This document shows positions 28,057 to 36,804 of a stretch of 64,000 nt of DNA, in pieces. The stretch is from contig CAWCYD010000003.1 in the NCBI GenBank assembly GCA_963799775.1, positions 1,952,001-2,016,000 on the forward strand. The letters run 5' to 3'. Every line of letters starts with the position of its first letter. Position 1 is the stretch's first letter. The translations under genes and the position numbers were made by a program. The notes beneath the pieces are model-generated. The model did not search any database. It saw only the letters and a list, made by a program, of their open reading frames with translations, and was not told the origin of the DNA. The stretch comes from an uncultured archaeon (GTDB taxonomy: Archaea > Thermoproteota > Nitrososphaeria > Nitrososphaerales > Gagatemarchaeaceae).

Positions 28057-29118
28057 TCACTTGGTCTTCAAGCCCAGGGCCTTCACGAACTTCCGGAACG
28101 CCGGCTCGCCCATCAAGAACCTCACGAACATCAGGTGCTCCATTATCTCCGCGTCCGGCGCGTCTAGCCTCCTGGCTTCGGCGACCATCGCCTTGTAGGC
28201 CGCGAGCATCCCCGGGCTGTTGCCGAACTGCGACCTCTCCGTCGGCCCCTCCTTCCCGAAGCTCTCTAGGAGGGCCATGCAGAGCATCAGGTCGAGGTAG
28301 ACCGCCCTGTCGGTCGCCCCCTTCATCCAGCCCAAGTTGACCACGATGTGCCCGTCGTCGTCGCTCGGGAAGATCGAGCCGAACGGCGCCTCTATGAACT
28401 CGACTTTTAGCTTCTTGAGGGCCCCAGCGGTTCCCTTCCTGTAGATCTTCTGGACCGCGGGCATCTTCTCGAACCCCTGGAAGTACTCGGTGAACGGATG
28501 AAGCGACAGCGCGGGCTGCCTGTTGAACCTTACCGGGAGGCTCTTCGTCGTCCTTGCGAAGGCCTTCTTCGAGCCCTCCTTCTCCAGCTTGAGGTCCTTT
28601 ACGAACTGCTTCCAGACCTTGGTAGGCGGCCCCATCTTCAAGTACTCAACAAGCTGGGCTTTTGGCATCTCGAGCCTCTCCGCCTCCTCGACCGCGTGTT
28701 TGTAGGCCGGGACCTCGATGGGCGAGACCCAGTAGAGCTCGAAGTTCCCCATGAACTTCTCGTGCTCCTTGGTGAACCACTCCTTGTCCTTCATCCACTG
28801 GCCGATGTGGAAGAGCTCGTGGACGATGTCTAGGTAGAGCACGTGGTCGTCGCTGTTCCTGAGGTGGTATGTCCCGACCGCAAGGTTCCCGTCGTGGTCC
28901 CTGATGCCCATGTACATCCACCTGTTCGAGAGGAACCCTATCCTGAGCCGCGAGAGGACCTCCTCGGTCTTGTCGCCGAAGACCTCCCTCACTGCGCCGA
29001 CCTTCTCGAAGCCCTCGAAGTAGTCGGTGAAGGGCTGGAGGGACGGTTGAGGCGCCTTCCTGTTCACCTTGACGGGGAGGTCCACGCTGCGCCGGGACTC
29101 GAGCGCCGCTTTGGTCAC
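28057..29118 (-). CDS. Two-domain zinc metallopeptidase-like protein (second domain lacks HExxH)
   Basis: Internal repeat PFTDYFEGFEK / PFTEYFQGFEK; HELFH...SPIEVPAY in domain 1 only. Confidence 0.7.
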   Translation of the reverse strand: MTKAALESRRSVDLPVKVNRKAPQPSLQPFTDYFEGFEKVGAVREVFGDKTEEVLSRLRIGFLSNRWMYMGIRDHDGNLAVGTYHLRNSDDHVLYLDIVHELFHIGQWMKDKEWFTKEHEKFMGNFELYWVSPIEVPAYKHAVEEAERLEMPKAQLVEYLKMGPPTKVWKQFVKDLKLEKEGSKKAFARTTKSLPVRFNRQPALSLHPFTEYFQGFEKMPAVQKIYRKGTAGALKKLKVEFIEAPFGSIFPSDDDGHIVVNLGWMKGATDRAVYLDLMLCMALLESFGKEGPTERSQFGNSPGMLAAYKAMVAEARRLDAPDAEIMEHLMFVRFLMGEPAFRKFVKALGLKTK

Positions 29119-29186
29119 GCGAGGCCCGCACGAGCCGTCCCCAATAAAGTTGAGCGGCCGCCGGGTCTCGTGGCAGAATCCTTTTC

Positions 29187-29684
29187 TTGCTACGTCTTCA
29201 CCCCGTCATCGAAGCCTTGGAGAAGAGAAAGCGTAGCCGGCCCTCATGGGACGAGTACTTCATGCAGGTCGCCAACGTCGTCAAGACCAGGTCGACGTGT
29301 CTGTCATCGGCGAAGGGTTCAGTTCTTGTCTTGGGCAGACAGATTGTCTCGACCGGCTACAACGGGACACCGGCGGGGACGAAGCATTGTGACGAGGGAG
29401 GGTGCGCAAGGTGCCTCGCCGTCAAGGACGGAAGGATGAAGTCTGGCACCAACTTGGACGCCTGCAGTTGCTGTCATAGCGAAGAGAACGCTATAGTCCA
29501 GGCTGCCAAGAATGGGATAGCCACAGCCGGTGCGACGCTTTACTCGACCCATACTCCGTGTACCTTTTGCTCAAAGATGATAATCAACGCCGGGATAAGG
29601 AAGGTGGTCGCCTCCTCTGCCTATCCCGACCAGCTGGGTGTCCGCCTCATGAAGGAGGCGGGCCTAGAGCTCGTCATTATCTGA
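29187..29684 (+). CDS. dCMP deaminase family protein
   Basis: RPSWDEYFM, RSTC, TGYNG, HSEENAI, PCTFCSKMIINAGI. Confidence 0.92.
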   Translation: MLRLHPVIEALEKRKRSRPSWDEYFMQVANVVKTRSTCLSSAKGSVLVLGRQIVSTGYNGTPAGTKHCDEGGCARCLAVKDGRMKSGTNLDACSCCHSEENAIVQAAKNGIATAGATLYSTHTPCTFCSKMIINAGIRKVVASSAYPDQLGVRLMKEAGLELVII

Positions 29685-29694
29685 AGTGCCGGCT

Positions 29695-30408
29695 TCAGGC
29701 GCTATGAAGAGGAGCTTCGTGCCATCCAGCCCTCTCCAGAGACAGTGACCCGTCCCAGAAGAGCGTCCGCCCGTCCGTGTCCTTGCAATCGATCTCCACC
29801 TTGATATTCTTCGCGTCCTCGAGCTCCTTGAAGACCTCAAGGTCCACCTCGACCTGAGCTCCTCCCTTCACCTCGTGCGGCCGTGTTGACCTCGAATCGG
29901 CTCCTCCCGGGAGCTGGGTGGAGACCTTCAAGCCGACGCAGTCGCCCCCGGAGTTAGAGACGACGAGGCGGTAGCTCCGCCTGTCGACTATGAGCTTAGA
30001 TCCCGCGGCGACCAGCTTGAGCGAGAGAGCGGGTCTGACCTGGGTCGCCCTCCTCTTGTTCGAGACGAGCCTCTCGAGCTCTGGGCAGACCTGCTCCAAT
30101 ATCGCCAGGCACTCTTCCGTCCTAAAATCGCCCAGCCGCTTGGAGGAGACCTTCCCCTGCACATCCTCCATGACGACCTTCGCCTCGCTGTCCAGGACGA
30201 CGCTCCTGAGCTCTCCGAACGAGTCGCCGAGCGATTTGGGGTCGAGCACGACGGGTTCCTTGAGCCATCCAAGGACGTTGACCATCGTGCCGACTATCCT
30301 GCCTGTCTTTCTCTCCTCCTCAGCCGCTAGCCTTGAGCACGTCGAGTAGAGCTCCCCCAGCTTGGCAGCCTGCTGCTCGACGACGGCATTTGTCCCCGTG
30401 GAGGACAC
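29695..30408 (-). CDS. Hypothetical protein
   Basis: Long ORF with host-like codon usage; no motif recognised. Confidence 0.65.
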   Translation of the reverse strand: MSSTGTNAVVEQQAAKLGELYSTCSRLAAEEERKTGRIVGTMVNVLGWLKEPVVLDPKSLGDSFGELRSVVLDSEAKVVMEDVQGKVSSKRLGDFRTEECLAILEQVCPELERLVSNKRRATQVRPALSLKLVAAGSKLIVDRRSYRLVVSNSGGDCVGLKVSTQLPGGADSRSTRPHEVKGGAQVEVDLEVFKELEDAKNIKVEIDCKDTDGRTLFWDGSLSLERAGWHEAPLHSA

Positions 30409-30507
30409 ACCCTATCGGTTGGTGGAAGGCCTATCCTCGAATAACAAGCATTATGGAAAGGCAATTCGTGTTCGCGGTCCATACCAGACCGCAGAAGGGG
30501 CCTGTTC

Positions 30508-30867
30508 TTACACCAGCAGCAGGGCGACGATTGCGACGAGGAAGACCCAACTCACCGACATCAGGGCCAGCTTCGACATGGTCGAGAAGGCCATCGCGTT
30601 TCCCCTTCTGATTGACCGCTCTGTGTACTTGCGGAGAAGGTAGAGGGTCAGCCCCGGGACAGCGATTCCGAGGGTGACGACGTAGTCCCCGATTACCAAC
30701 CAGACGTTCTGGCCGCGCCCGGGCCCGACCGAGACGATGAGGATGATTGCGAAGCAGAATGCCAGCGCGAGTAGCCCCGCGGAGACGAGGAGCCTCCGTC
30801 CCTCCAGCAAAGACCTCTTCAAGTCTTTGAAGGCGTTCTCTTCGCTCACTGGATGGGCGAGGCTCAA
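30508..30867 (-). CDS. Three-TM membrane protein
   Basis: Three hydrophobic segments; TTTATA box upstream (~30896). Confidence 0.65.
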   Translation of the reverse strand: MSLAHPVSEENAFKDLKRSLLEGRRLLVSAGLLALAFCFAIILIVSVGPGRGQNVWLVIGDYVVTLGIAVPGLTLYLLRKYTERSIRRGNAMAFSTMSKLALMSVSWVFLVAIVALLLV

Positions 30868-30974
30868 ATTTCGCCTTTACGAGACTTCCCAGACGTATAA
30901 ATTTATAGTGAAGGCCAGCTTCATTGCTACCAAAGCCGCCACGTGGGCGCGCTCAGGGGACGATCGCGGTCAGG

Positions 30975-31055
30975 TCACTCGTCATCGTCGTCGGAGTCGT
31001 TGTCCTCAAAGTCATCTTCGAAGTCGTCGTCGGTCTCGCCGTCTTCGGCTGACAT
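30975..31055 (-). CDS. Unannotated 26-aa hyper-acidic microprotein
   Basis: MSAEDGETDDDFEDDFEDNDSDDDDE; TTAAAA box ~27 nt upstream. Confidence 0.45.
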   Translation of the reverse strand: MSAEDGETDDDFEDDFEDNDSDDDDE

Positions 31056-31162
31056 TTCGCCCGTGTGCCTTCTAGCTATGCTTTTAAGAATTTCTTGAAA
31101 GCGCGGGCTCGAATCTCCGTGAGGCTATCGCTTAAAGAGGAGTCACATCGGCTCTGAGCGGC

Positions 31163-31444
31163 ATGGTCTTGATTAGGGTGGCCGACGACGGCTCAGGAGA
31201 GACTCCAGTCGTGGAGAAGGGAAGGGACGCGCCTTTCAAGCAGGGGAACCTTTTCGCTTACGAGGTGAAGGACGAGGTGGCGAAGTACTGGAACAAGCTG
31301 CCGCCCCAGCGGAGGGCGGAGCTCTTCAAGCAGTCCAAGAAGGAGAAGAGGGCACCTCCGCCAGATCCTCGACGGGTTCGTCTTCAAGCCCGCCCACACA
31401 AAGTAACAAGAGTCGCACCAAGCGCCTTAAATCGACGGCGCTAA
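31163..31444 (+). CDS. Small basic hypothetical protein (3' end possibly frameshifted)
   Basis: ATG with TTAAA box upstream; alternative tail QILDGFVFKPAHTK. Confidence 0.55.
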   Translation: MVLIRVADDGSGETPVVEKGRDAPFKQGNLFAYEVKDEVAKYWNKLPPQRRAELFKQSKKEKRAPPPDPRRVRLQARPHKVTRVAPSALNRRR

Positions 31445-31457
31445 TCCGGGCGAGCAC

Positions 31458-32150
31458 TTGTATTACTGCCCGAGCTGCGGCCACGAGCTCCCAGACGAGG
31501 CTCTCTTCTGCTCCAGCTGCGGCTCCAAGCTCGTCCAGCTGGGCGCCGGCGGGCCTGAGGCGCTTGGGACGGGGTCGCAGCCTACTTCGCCCCCTCCCGT
31601 CCCCGACCAGGGCTGGGCTGCCCCTCCTCCCCCTCAAGAGGAGCGGAGGCGTCCACGCGCCGGAGGGAGGGCGCTGGTCTTGGCAGTCGTCGCGATCCTG
31701 CTCGTCCTCCTTGTGGCCACCACCTTCGAGACGGGATTTCTGGGCTCCTCGGCGGGGCCTAAAGCCGTCAACTCCCCCAACAACCCGTTGACAGGGGCGC
31801 AGCTCTACACGGCCTACACTTCAGACCAATCACAGGCCGACGCGTCCTACACGAACAAGACCATCTACATCCAAGACACCTTGGACACGGGGGTGAGCGT
31901 GGACCTGGGCTCAGGACAATACTACTCGACCGTCGCCGCAGGGGAGGTGGTGCTGGTATGGAACTCGCCGTCCCAGGTCGACCAGCTCTCGGCGGGCTCA
32001 ACGGTCCTTGCCAAGTGCTCGGTGGTGGGGGCGGTCGCGCCTTTCGGCGCCCAATCACTTGAGGTCTACCTGCAGGCTTGCGACCTGATTAGCACCCAGT
32101 CCCAGACGAGCACCTCGACCAGCGTAAGCGTGCCCGCGAACAGCGTCTAA
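31458..32150 (+). CDS. Zinc-ribbon + TM + extracellular OB-like domain protein
   Basis: YCPSCG...FCSSCG, Pro linker, TM, LYTAY..DQSQADASYTNK. Confidence 0.75.
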   Translation: MYYCPSCGHELPDEALFCSSCGSKLVQLGAGGPEALGTGSQPTSPPPVPDQGWAAPPPPQEERRRPRAGGRALVLAVVAILLVLLVATTFETGFLGSSAGPKAVNSPNNPLTGAQLYTAYTSDQSQADASYTNKTIYIQDTLDTGVSVDLGSGQYYSTVAAGEVVLVWNSPSQVDQLSAGSTVLAKCSVVGAVAPFGAQSLEVYLQACDLISTQSQTSTSTSVSVPANSV

Positions 32151-32791
32151 GGCTGCTTCGCGCCGCAGTGGTAGCAGAACGTGGCCGTCGGCGAGATCTT
32201 GGTCCCGCAGCTCGTGCAGAACTTGGTCGGGCTGCCCGGCGTCGGCGGGGGGTTCGCGTCCATCGATGCCTGGCTGGGCGAAGAGCCCACCTTCATCGGT
32301 TGGAGCTCGTCTGGGATGGAGAAGAACGCGATGGCCTGGACTATCTCAGCCACGAAGAGGAGGATGAAGCCCAGCAGCACGATGGTCAGCACCGAGCCGA
32401 TCAGGTAGAGGGTAGCGGCCGTCTTGAACGTCCCGACGCCGAGCTTGTCGCCTATCTTGTCGTAGGCCCTCTTGAGGAAGACGGCTGAGACGATGAGCGC
32501 TATCCAAGCGATGAAGAGGCCTATCCCAAGGCCAGCCAGCCCGGCCACGCCGAAGGTGAACCTCGACCCGATGACCCCGATGAAGATGACTGCCGCCCCC
32601 GAGAGGGCGCCCACTATCCCCGTTACCGCGGCTAGGACGACGTCGTTGAAGATCGTCCTGTCCCCGGCGTAGTCCGCGACGTCCTTGATCGCGACGATGA
32701 GCAGCACGTAGCCGATGAGGCTGACGAAGGGGATGAAGATGAGGATGGACCCGATGCCGCCGAGCATCTTGGCTTGCGAGAGTGTAGCCAT
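32147..32791 (-). CDS. DUF996-like membrane protein with C-terminal zinc ribbon
   Basis: AKMLGGIGSIL...IAFFSIP; FCTSCG...FCYHCG. Confidence 0.82.
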   Translation of the reverse strand: MATLSQAKMLGGIGSILIFIPFVSLIGYVLLIVAIKDVADYAGDRTIFNDVVLAAVTGIVGALSGAAVIFIGVIGSRFTFGVAGLAGLGIGLFIAWIALIVSAVFLKRAYDKIGDKLGVGTFKTAATLYLIGSVLTIVLLGFILLFVAEIVQAIAFFSIPDELQPMKVGSSPSQASMDANPPPTPGSPTKFCTSCGTKISPTATFCYHCGAKQP

Positions 32792-32853
32792 CTCTCAGAG
32801 CAGCATCAACTATCCTTCCTTCGCATATAAGCGCTAGGCAGCGTGGCTGGAAC

Positions 32854-33009
32854 TCAAGCGAAGCCGTGGGCAGCCTGCCAGCAGCAGCACTCGGCAGCGA
32901 AGGAGTTCGAGGCCTGCGAGCAGCCCCTGCAGTCCCTCGCGGTCTCAGCTGCGAGGCATATCGCAGGGGTGCAGTTGCACTCGGCGCAGCGGATCGGGAC
33001 CCTTGCCAT
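32854..33009 (-). CDS. Unannotated 51-aa Cys-rich (metallothionein-like) microprotein
   Basis: MARVPIRCAECNCTPAICLAAETARDCRGCSQASNSFAAECCCWQAAHGFA (9 Cys); TTTATA box at ~33034-33039. Confidence 0.6.
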   Translation of the reverse strand: MARVPIRCAECNCTPAICLAAETARDCRGCSQASNSFAAECCCWQAAHGFA

Positions 33010-33138
33010 CGACCTTCGACGCTCTCCCGCTCGTATAAACCTCAGTCAGAGGTCATGGGCGACTATAGGCCGGCTGCGCCTCCGAGTGTCGGAGGTGTCG
33101 TCCACATCCATTGGGGAGTTGAGCGAAGGGGTGTGCTC

Positions 33139-33198
33139 TCCAGTCTTCGTTCGGTCAAGCGTAAGATGCGTTCGGTACCAAACGACACTCGACAGAAC
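33139..33198 (+). repeat. Island boundary site, copy 1
   Basis: TCCAGTCTTCGTTCGGTCAAGCGTAAGATGCGTTCGGTACCAAACGACACTCGACAGAAC. Confidence 0.8.
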
Positions 33199-33215
33199 CT
33201 TTGGGACCGAGAACA

Positions 33216-33644
33216 TCAAGCCGTGAAGGACAAGGTCGTAGTCAAAGAGATTGCTACACCGCTTGCCTCGGTGACGAAGATGTTTCCTGAGTATGATGCT
33301 CCGGGCACTAGGCCGAATATTACCGCGTAAGAAGTTCCATTAGCGCCTGCACCAAGCGGCAGGGTTGCTGTCGAGATTTCGACCGTTTGTCCGATGGAGT
33401 TGTGAACGACGACAAAAACTATCCCCGTCACATTGGTTGAGAATTCATTCGTAAACGTTGCTTCTATGCTGTCAAAAGCACCGAAGGGTGTGTAAGAAGG
33501 AGGGTTCACGATGATCCAGCACTGCGCGCAGACCCCGGAATAGCTGTAACGACCTATAGTAATCGCATTCGCAGGAAAGGAACCAACTGTGATGAGCAAC
33601 AATAAGGTGAAGGAAAAGCAAAGTGTTGGATTGGTTGACAACAT
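33216..33644 (-). CDS. Secreted small beta-sandwich protein
   Basis: Signal peptide; GIVFVVVHNSIGQTVEISTATL...Y..NIFV...GVAIS. Confidence 0.7.
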   Translation of the reverse strand: MLSTNPTLCFSFTLLLLITVGSFPANAITIGRYSYSGVCAQCWIIVNPPSYTPFGAFDSIEATFTNEFSTNVTGIVFVVVHNSIGQTVEISTATLPLGAGANGTSYAVIFGLVPGASYSGNIFVTEASGVAISLTTTLSFTA

Positions 33645-33764
33645 TTCAAAAATGTGTTTTAGGATATTTAAGCGGTGTGAAACTATAGCATCGGGTACTC
33701 AATCGTTAGATCAACTAGACTAATTCGTTGGACTTCGAAATAAAAAGAGGTGAGACCTTACAAC

Positions 33765-34553
33765 CTAGGTTGTAAGGTCGTAGGTTATTTCGTTCGAGTA
33801 CTCGGTTATTCCAGAGTAGGACAGGTTGGATTGTTCGGCAGTATTGATGTTGGTCCCACCGTAATAGGGTCCGCTGCAAGTAATACTGCTCGATGTGCTG
33901 TATTGGTAGGTGTATGACGAATCGTGCAGGAAAAGCAGAACGCTGAACAACGTTGTTGCGCTTGGAGTGAAGCCAGTATGTGGTGTCCCGGTATTGATTC
34001 CGTAAACACCCGAGTATGCGCCAGCGTATCCCGCAATATTGTACGAGGAAGGAGAATACGAGAGTGATGTGTCTGCAAAGAGGACGTTGTAGTTGTTGTC
34101 GAGAAGTTCACCGCCTCCTTCGACTGCTGTTCCAGAATAAGAAAGCGTTAGTTCCCATGAGTATCCGACTCCGAGAGTGGTGGTATATCTGGACGAGAAT
34201 GCCTGATGATAGGTTCCTCCAACAAGGACGGATAGCTGGAGCAGAGTAGTGGTCGATGTACCGGAGCTGTTTTCCTCCGCTACCATTTGCGCCCAATAGC
34301 TGTTGCCTTGGGTGTCAAAGACATCGCCGTTTAGTTGGATGCTGTAGCTTGAGCTATTGGTAGAGAACGAGTGATCTATGGTGGTTTGTGAAGCCGGTGT
34401 TATACCGGCTGAACAGTCGTTACCAGTTGCATAGTAGTTGGTTCCAGAAGTGCTGCCTCCTATGTTGGCGAATAGCGCTGTGAGAGGAGTTGCAAGGATG
34501 ATTGCCAGTCCTGTCAGAACGAACAGAGTTTGCTGTTTGCGTGTGAAGTTCAT
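33765..34553 (-). CDS. Secreted thermopsin-like (peptidase A5-like) domain protein
   Basis: Signal peptide; SIQLNG...YWAQMV and C-terminal TAEQSNL resemble thermopsin SLQLN/YWxQNV/TxET motifs. Confidence 0.55.
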   Translation of the reverse strand: MNFTRKQQTLFVLTGLAIILATPLTALFANIGGSTSGTNYYATGNDCSAGITPASQTTIDHSFSTNSSSYSIQLNGDVFDTQGNSYWAQMVAEENSSGTSTTTLLQLSVLVGGTYHQAFSSRYTTTLGVGYSWELTLSYSGTAVEGGGELLDNNYNVLFADTSLSYSPSSYNIAGYAGAYSGVYGINTGTPHTGFTPSATTLFSVLLFLHDSSYTYQYSTSSSITCSGPYYGGTNINTAEQSNLSYSGITEYSNEITYDLTT

Positions 34554-34656
34554 TTTCGATTGGAGGACTAAGAATCAATACTTGCCGCCAATCTCACCCA
34601 GAACCGTGCTGCAGAGCTAACGTGTGCACGAGGGCACTTGGGTTAGCTTCTCTGCC

Positions 34657-35202
34657 CTAGACCTTGCTATGGTCTCTCGACCTTCTGTTGTTATCATTCG
34701 TCCAGTCGGTCGAAGACGCCTGAATGGGAATTCCCTCGGAAGACGGGATCCTGATTAGGCAAATAGGCAACGAATACTCATGCCTGATCAATTCTGCTAG
34801 CTTCTCTACAGTTAGGGGACTGACCACGAAGTACGCTATATTGAGAGTCGGAAACATAATTTCGAACTCTTCTTTCCTTATCTCGAAAGGAGTTGCAAAG
34901 GCGATTCTGAAATCGTGTTGAAACGCAGTCAAGTGTTTGTACACTTCGAACATGCTCATCTTCCGAGGACAAACATCAACAATCACGAAATCGTGAAGTT
35001 CCAGACCCAAGGTGGTGAAGGCCTCTTCCAGTGTTGTGGAGAGGTCTACTTCGAACTTGTGTACTCTCAGATTTGCCTTGGCAAAGTGAGGTAGTTGTGC
35101 GTGGTCGGAAATCAGTAATATTCGGCCTTTTGGCGCGCCCTTCGGCACGTTGCGTGGCTTCCCCACCCAACGTGCAAACGGTCCGGAAGATAGCCCTAGC
35201 AT
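34657..35202 (-). CDS. Atypical response-regulator receiver domain
   Basis: RILLISD...DFVIVD..PRKMSMFEVY...FATPFEIRKEEF...FVVSPLT: thaumarchaeal REC pattern, conserved Lys missing. Confidence 0.7.
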   Translation of the reverse strand: MLGLSSGPFARWVGKPRNVPKGAPKGRILLISDHAQLPHFAKANLRVHKFEVDLSTTLEEAFTTLGLELHDFVIVDVCPRKMSMFEVYKHLTAFQHDFRIAFATPFEIRKEEFEIMFPTLNIAYFVVSPLTVEKLAELIRHEYSLPICLIRIPSSEGIPIQASSTDWTNDNNRRSRDHSKV

Positions 35203-35326
35203 TGGACTTTCTAAGAGTGTTCTGGCATTTCTACCCTAGTTCACCCATGCAACCTAGGTTACCTGTTAACGTGGGATATTGGAGCAAATCCTCACTATTG
35301 ATGCTATGCATCAGGAGACTTTGAAT

Positions 35327-35587
35327 CTAGGAGTCAACCCTCAAGCGTGACGCTTGGAGGTCAGGGTTTTGGAGGGCCTTCTCCAATGGCATCAGAAGGA
35401 TCCCCTGGTCCGTCTCTATGAAGACAAACACTTTCTTCTCAAGCTCCCTGGCCGACCATTTTTGGAGGCCGTAGACTCGGGCAATCTGTCTTGGCAGGGT
35501 GATTCGGAGAGACCCACCCTGTGAATATGGCGAGGCAGCGCCAAGAATCCATTCGACTTTGATCTTCAGTTCCTTCTTTTCGCTCAT
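35327..35587 (-). CDS. AbrB/SpoVT-like DNA-binding protein, copy A
   Basis: QGGSLRITLPRQIARVYGL swapped-hairpin motif. Confidence 0.75.
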   Translation of the reverse strand: MSEKKELKIKVEWILGAASPYSQGGSLRITLPRQIARVYGLQKWSARELEKKVFVFIETDQGILLMPLEKALQNPDLQASRLRVDS

Positions 35588-35841
35588 CTAGGAATCTTGC
35601 TCCTTGAAAACCTCTCGGCAGTCTGTTGATTATGGTTTGGGCTGTGTCTCAGTTTCCATCTTTCGCCTTGTAATCCTTCTATGTGATCTTGAGAGAGCAA
35701 ATGTCGCAAATGAGCCCTGATAGTCCGCCTTGAATAGGCGGTGAGCAATACGAGATCTTGGACCGATGCAGGTTCATTCTTCTTCAGGAGGGCGAGGTAA
35801 ATCCTCCCACACGCATAACACTTGGACGATGAGTCTTCCAT
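35584..35841 (-). CDS. Small wHTH protein with N-terminal CxxC, copy A
   Basis: CYACGRIYLALL...ASVQDLVLLTAYSRRTIRAHLRHL...WKL; ATGA overlap with AbrB gene. Confidence 0.7.
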   Translation of the reverse strand: MEDSSSKCYACGRIYLALLKKNEPASVQDLVLLTAYSRRTIRAHLRHLLSQDHIEGLQGERWKLRHSPNHNQQTAERFSRSKIPR

Positions 35842-36118
35842 GTTGGGATTCCTAGCGATGAACCTTTCGATATACCCAAAGAAATACCAGAGTCCTAGTC
35901 CCTATCGTGAAAGTATTGTCAAAGGCCTCGGGGTCTATTGATGGCTTTTGCATTAAACCTAGATGGGAAATCCACATTTAACGACCGATTGTCAAACACA
36001 TGGCTTGGAACCTCGGGAATCAGTGCTAATTCTCCTGGTGTCTAGCTTTGTCTGCCTGTGGTTCTATGTGTAATGAAGCAAAAAGCCGTAGAGTCAACAG
36101 AGCCTTTGCATGGTGATG

Positions 36119-36149
36119 TCCAGTCTTCGTTTGGTCTAGCGTAAGATGC
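36119..36149 (+). repeat. Boundary site, internal partial copy 2
   Basis: TCCAGTCTTCGTTTGGTCTAGCGTAAGATGC. Confidence 0.75.
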
Positions 36150-36223
36150 TCCATAGAAGCTGTTGCACCATAGCAACTCATTCAAGAGAAGAAGATTTTG
36201 GTAAAAAAGATCGCGAGGGGCAG

Positions 36224-36703
36224 CTACGCATATGGGGCACGTGCTCTACAGACATCGACAAGTTTCCTTATCGTCAGCGGTCTCACGATGAAGAAGCGTA
36301 CGTTGATACCTGGAAACATTGTCAAGAACTCGCTCTTCTTTATCTCAAAAGGGGAGATAATACCCAGCACAGCTTCCCCACAGCCGCTCATTCTTCTGCA
36401 CAATTCGAACACGCTTACTTTTGCGGAGAAAGTATCAAGAACTACCAGTTCTTGATGATTCGAGTTGATGCTGGCAGCAGCACCCTCGAGCGATGAGGTC
36501 GCATCCGCCTCAACGCCGAGCCGCTTAAGATTCGCCGTTAAGGCACAAAGCCCTTCATTGTCGGCTGTTACGAGCAATACTCGGCTCGGCAAATTATACC
36601 TTATGCTCGGGTGCGACCTCGAGCCCTTTCGCAGAATTCGGGAAGACGATTCTGGCAAGAACTTCACTAATACTGTTCTATCGACGTATTTGCCCTGGCT
36701 CAT
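36224..36703 (-). CDS. Atypical receiver domain, second copy
   Basis: RVLLVTAD...ELVVLD...VSVFEL...ISPFEIKKSEF..MFPG...FIVRPLT. Confidence 0.7.
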   Translation of the reverse strand: MSQGKYVDRTVLVKFLPESSSRILRKGSRSHPSIRYNLPSRVLLVTADNEGLCALTANLKRLGVEADATSSLEGAAASINSNHQELVVLDTFSAKVSVFELCRRMSGCGEAVLGIISPFEIKKSEFLTMFPGINVRFFIVRPLTIRKLVDVCRARAPYA

Positions 36704-36804
36704 TTAGATACCTACGCCCTTGTTAACAGGATTCACACGCTAACTTCTAAGTGGGACGCTTCGGAATTTGCCTGCGCGCACGAGTATCTACCACGATTCG
36801 TTTT

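Larger units (their letters stand above)
35327..36149. repeat. Duplicated module A (AbrB + wHTH + ~270-nt leader + boundary site)
   Basis: Collinear and highly similar to 39544..40371, including the non-coding part. Confidence 0.9.

Noticed and set aside
35915-35996. TTGACA on the minus strand as bacterial -35 boxes
   Set aside because: No TATAAT-like -10 at 16-18 nt and the context is archaeal; kept only as a repeated motif.
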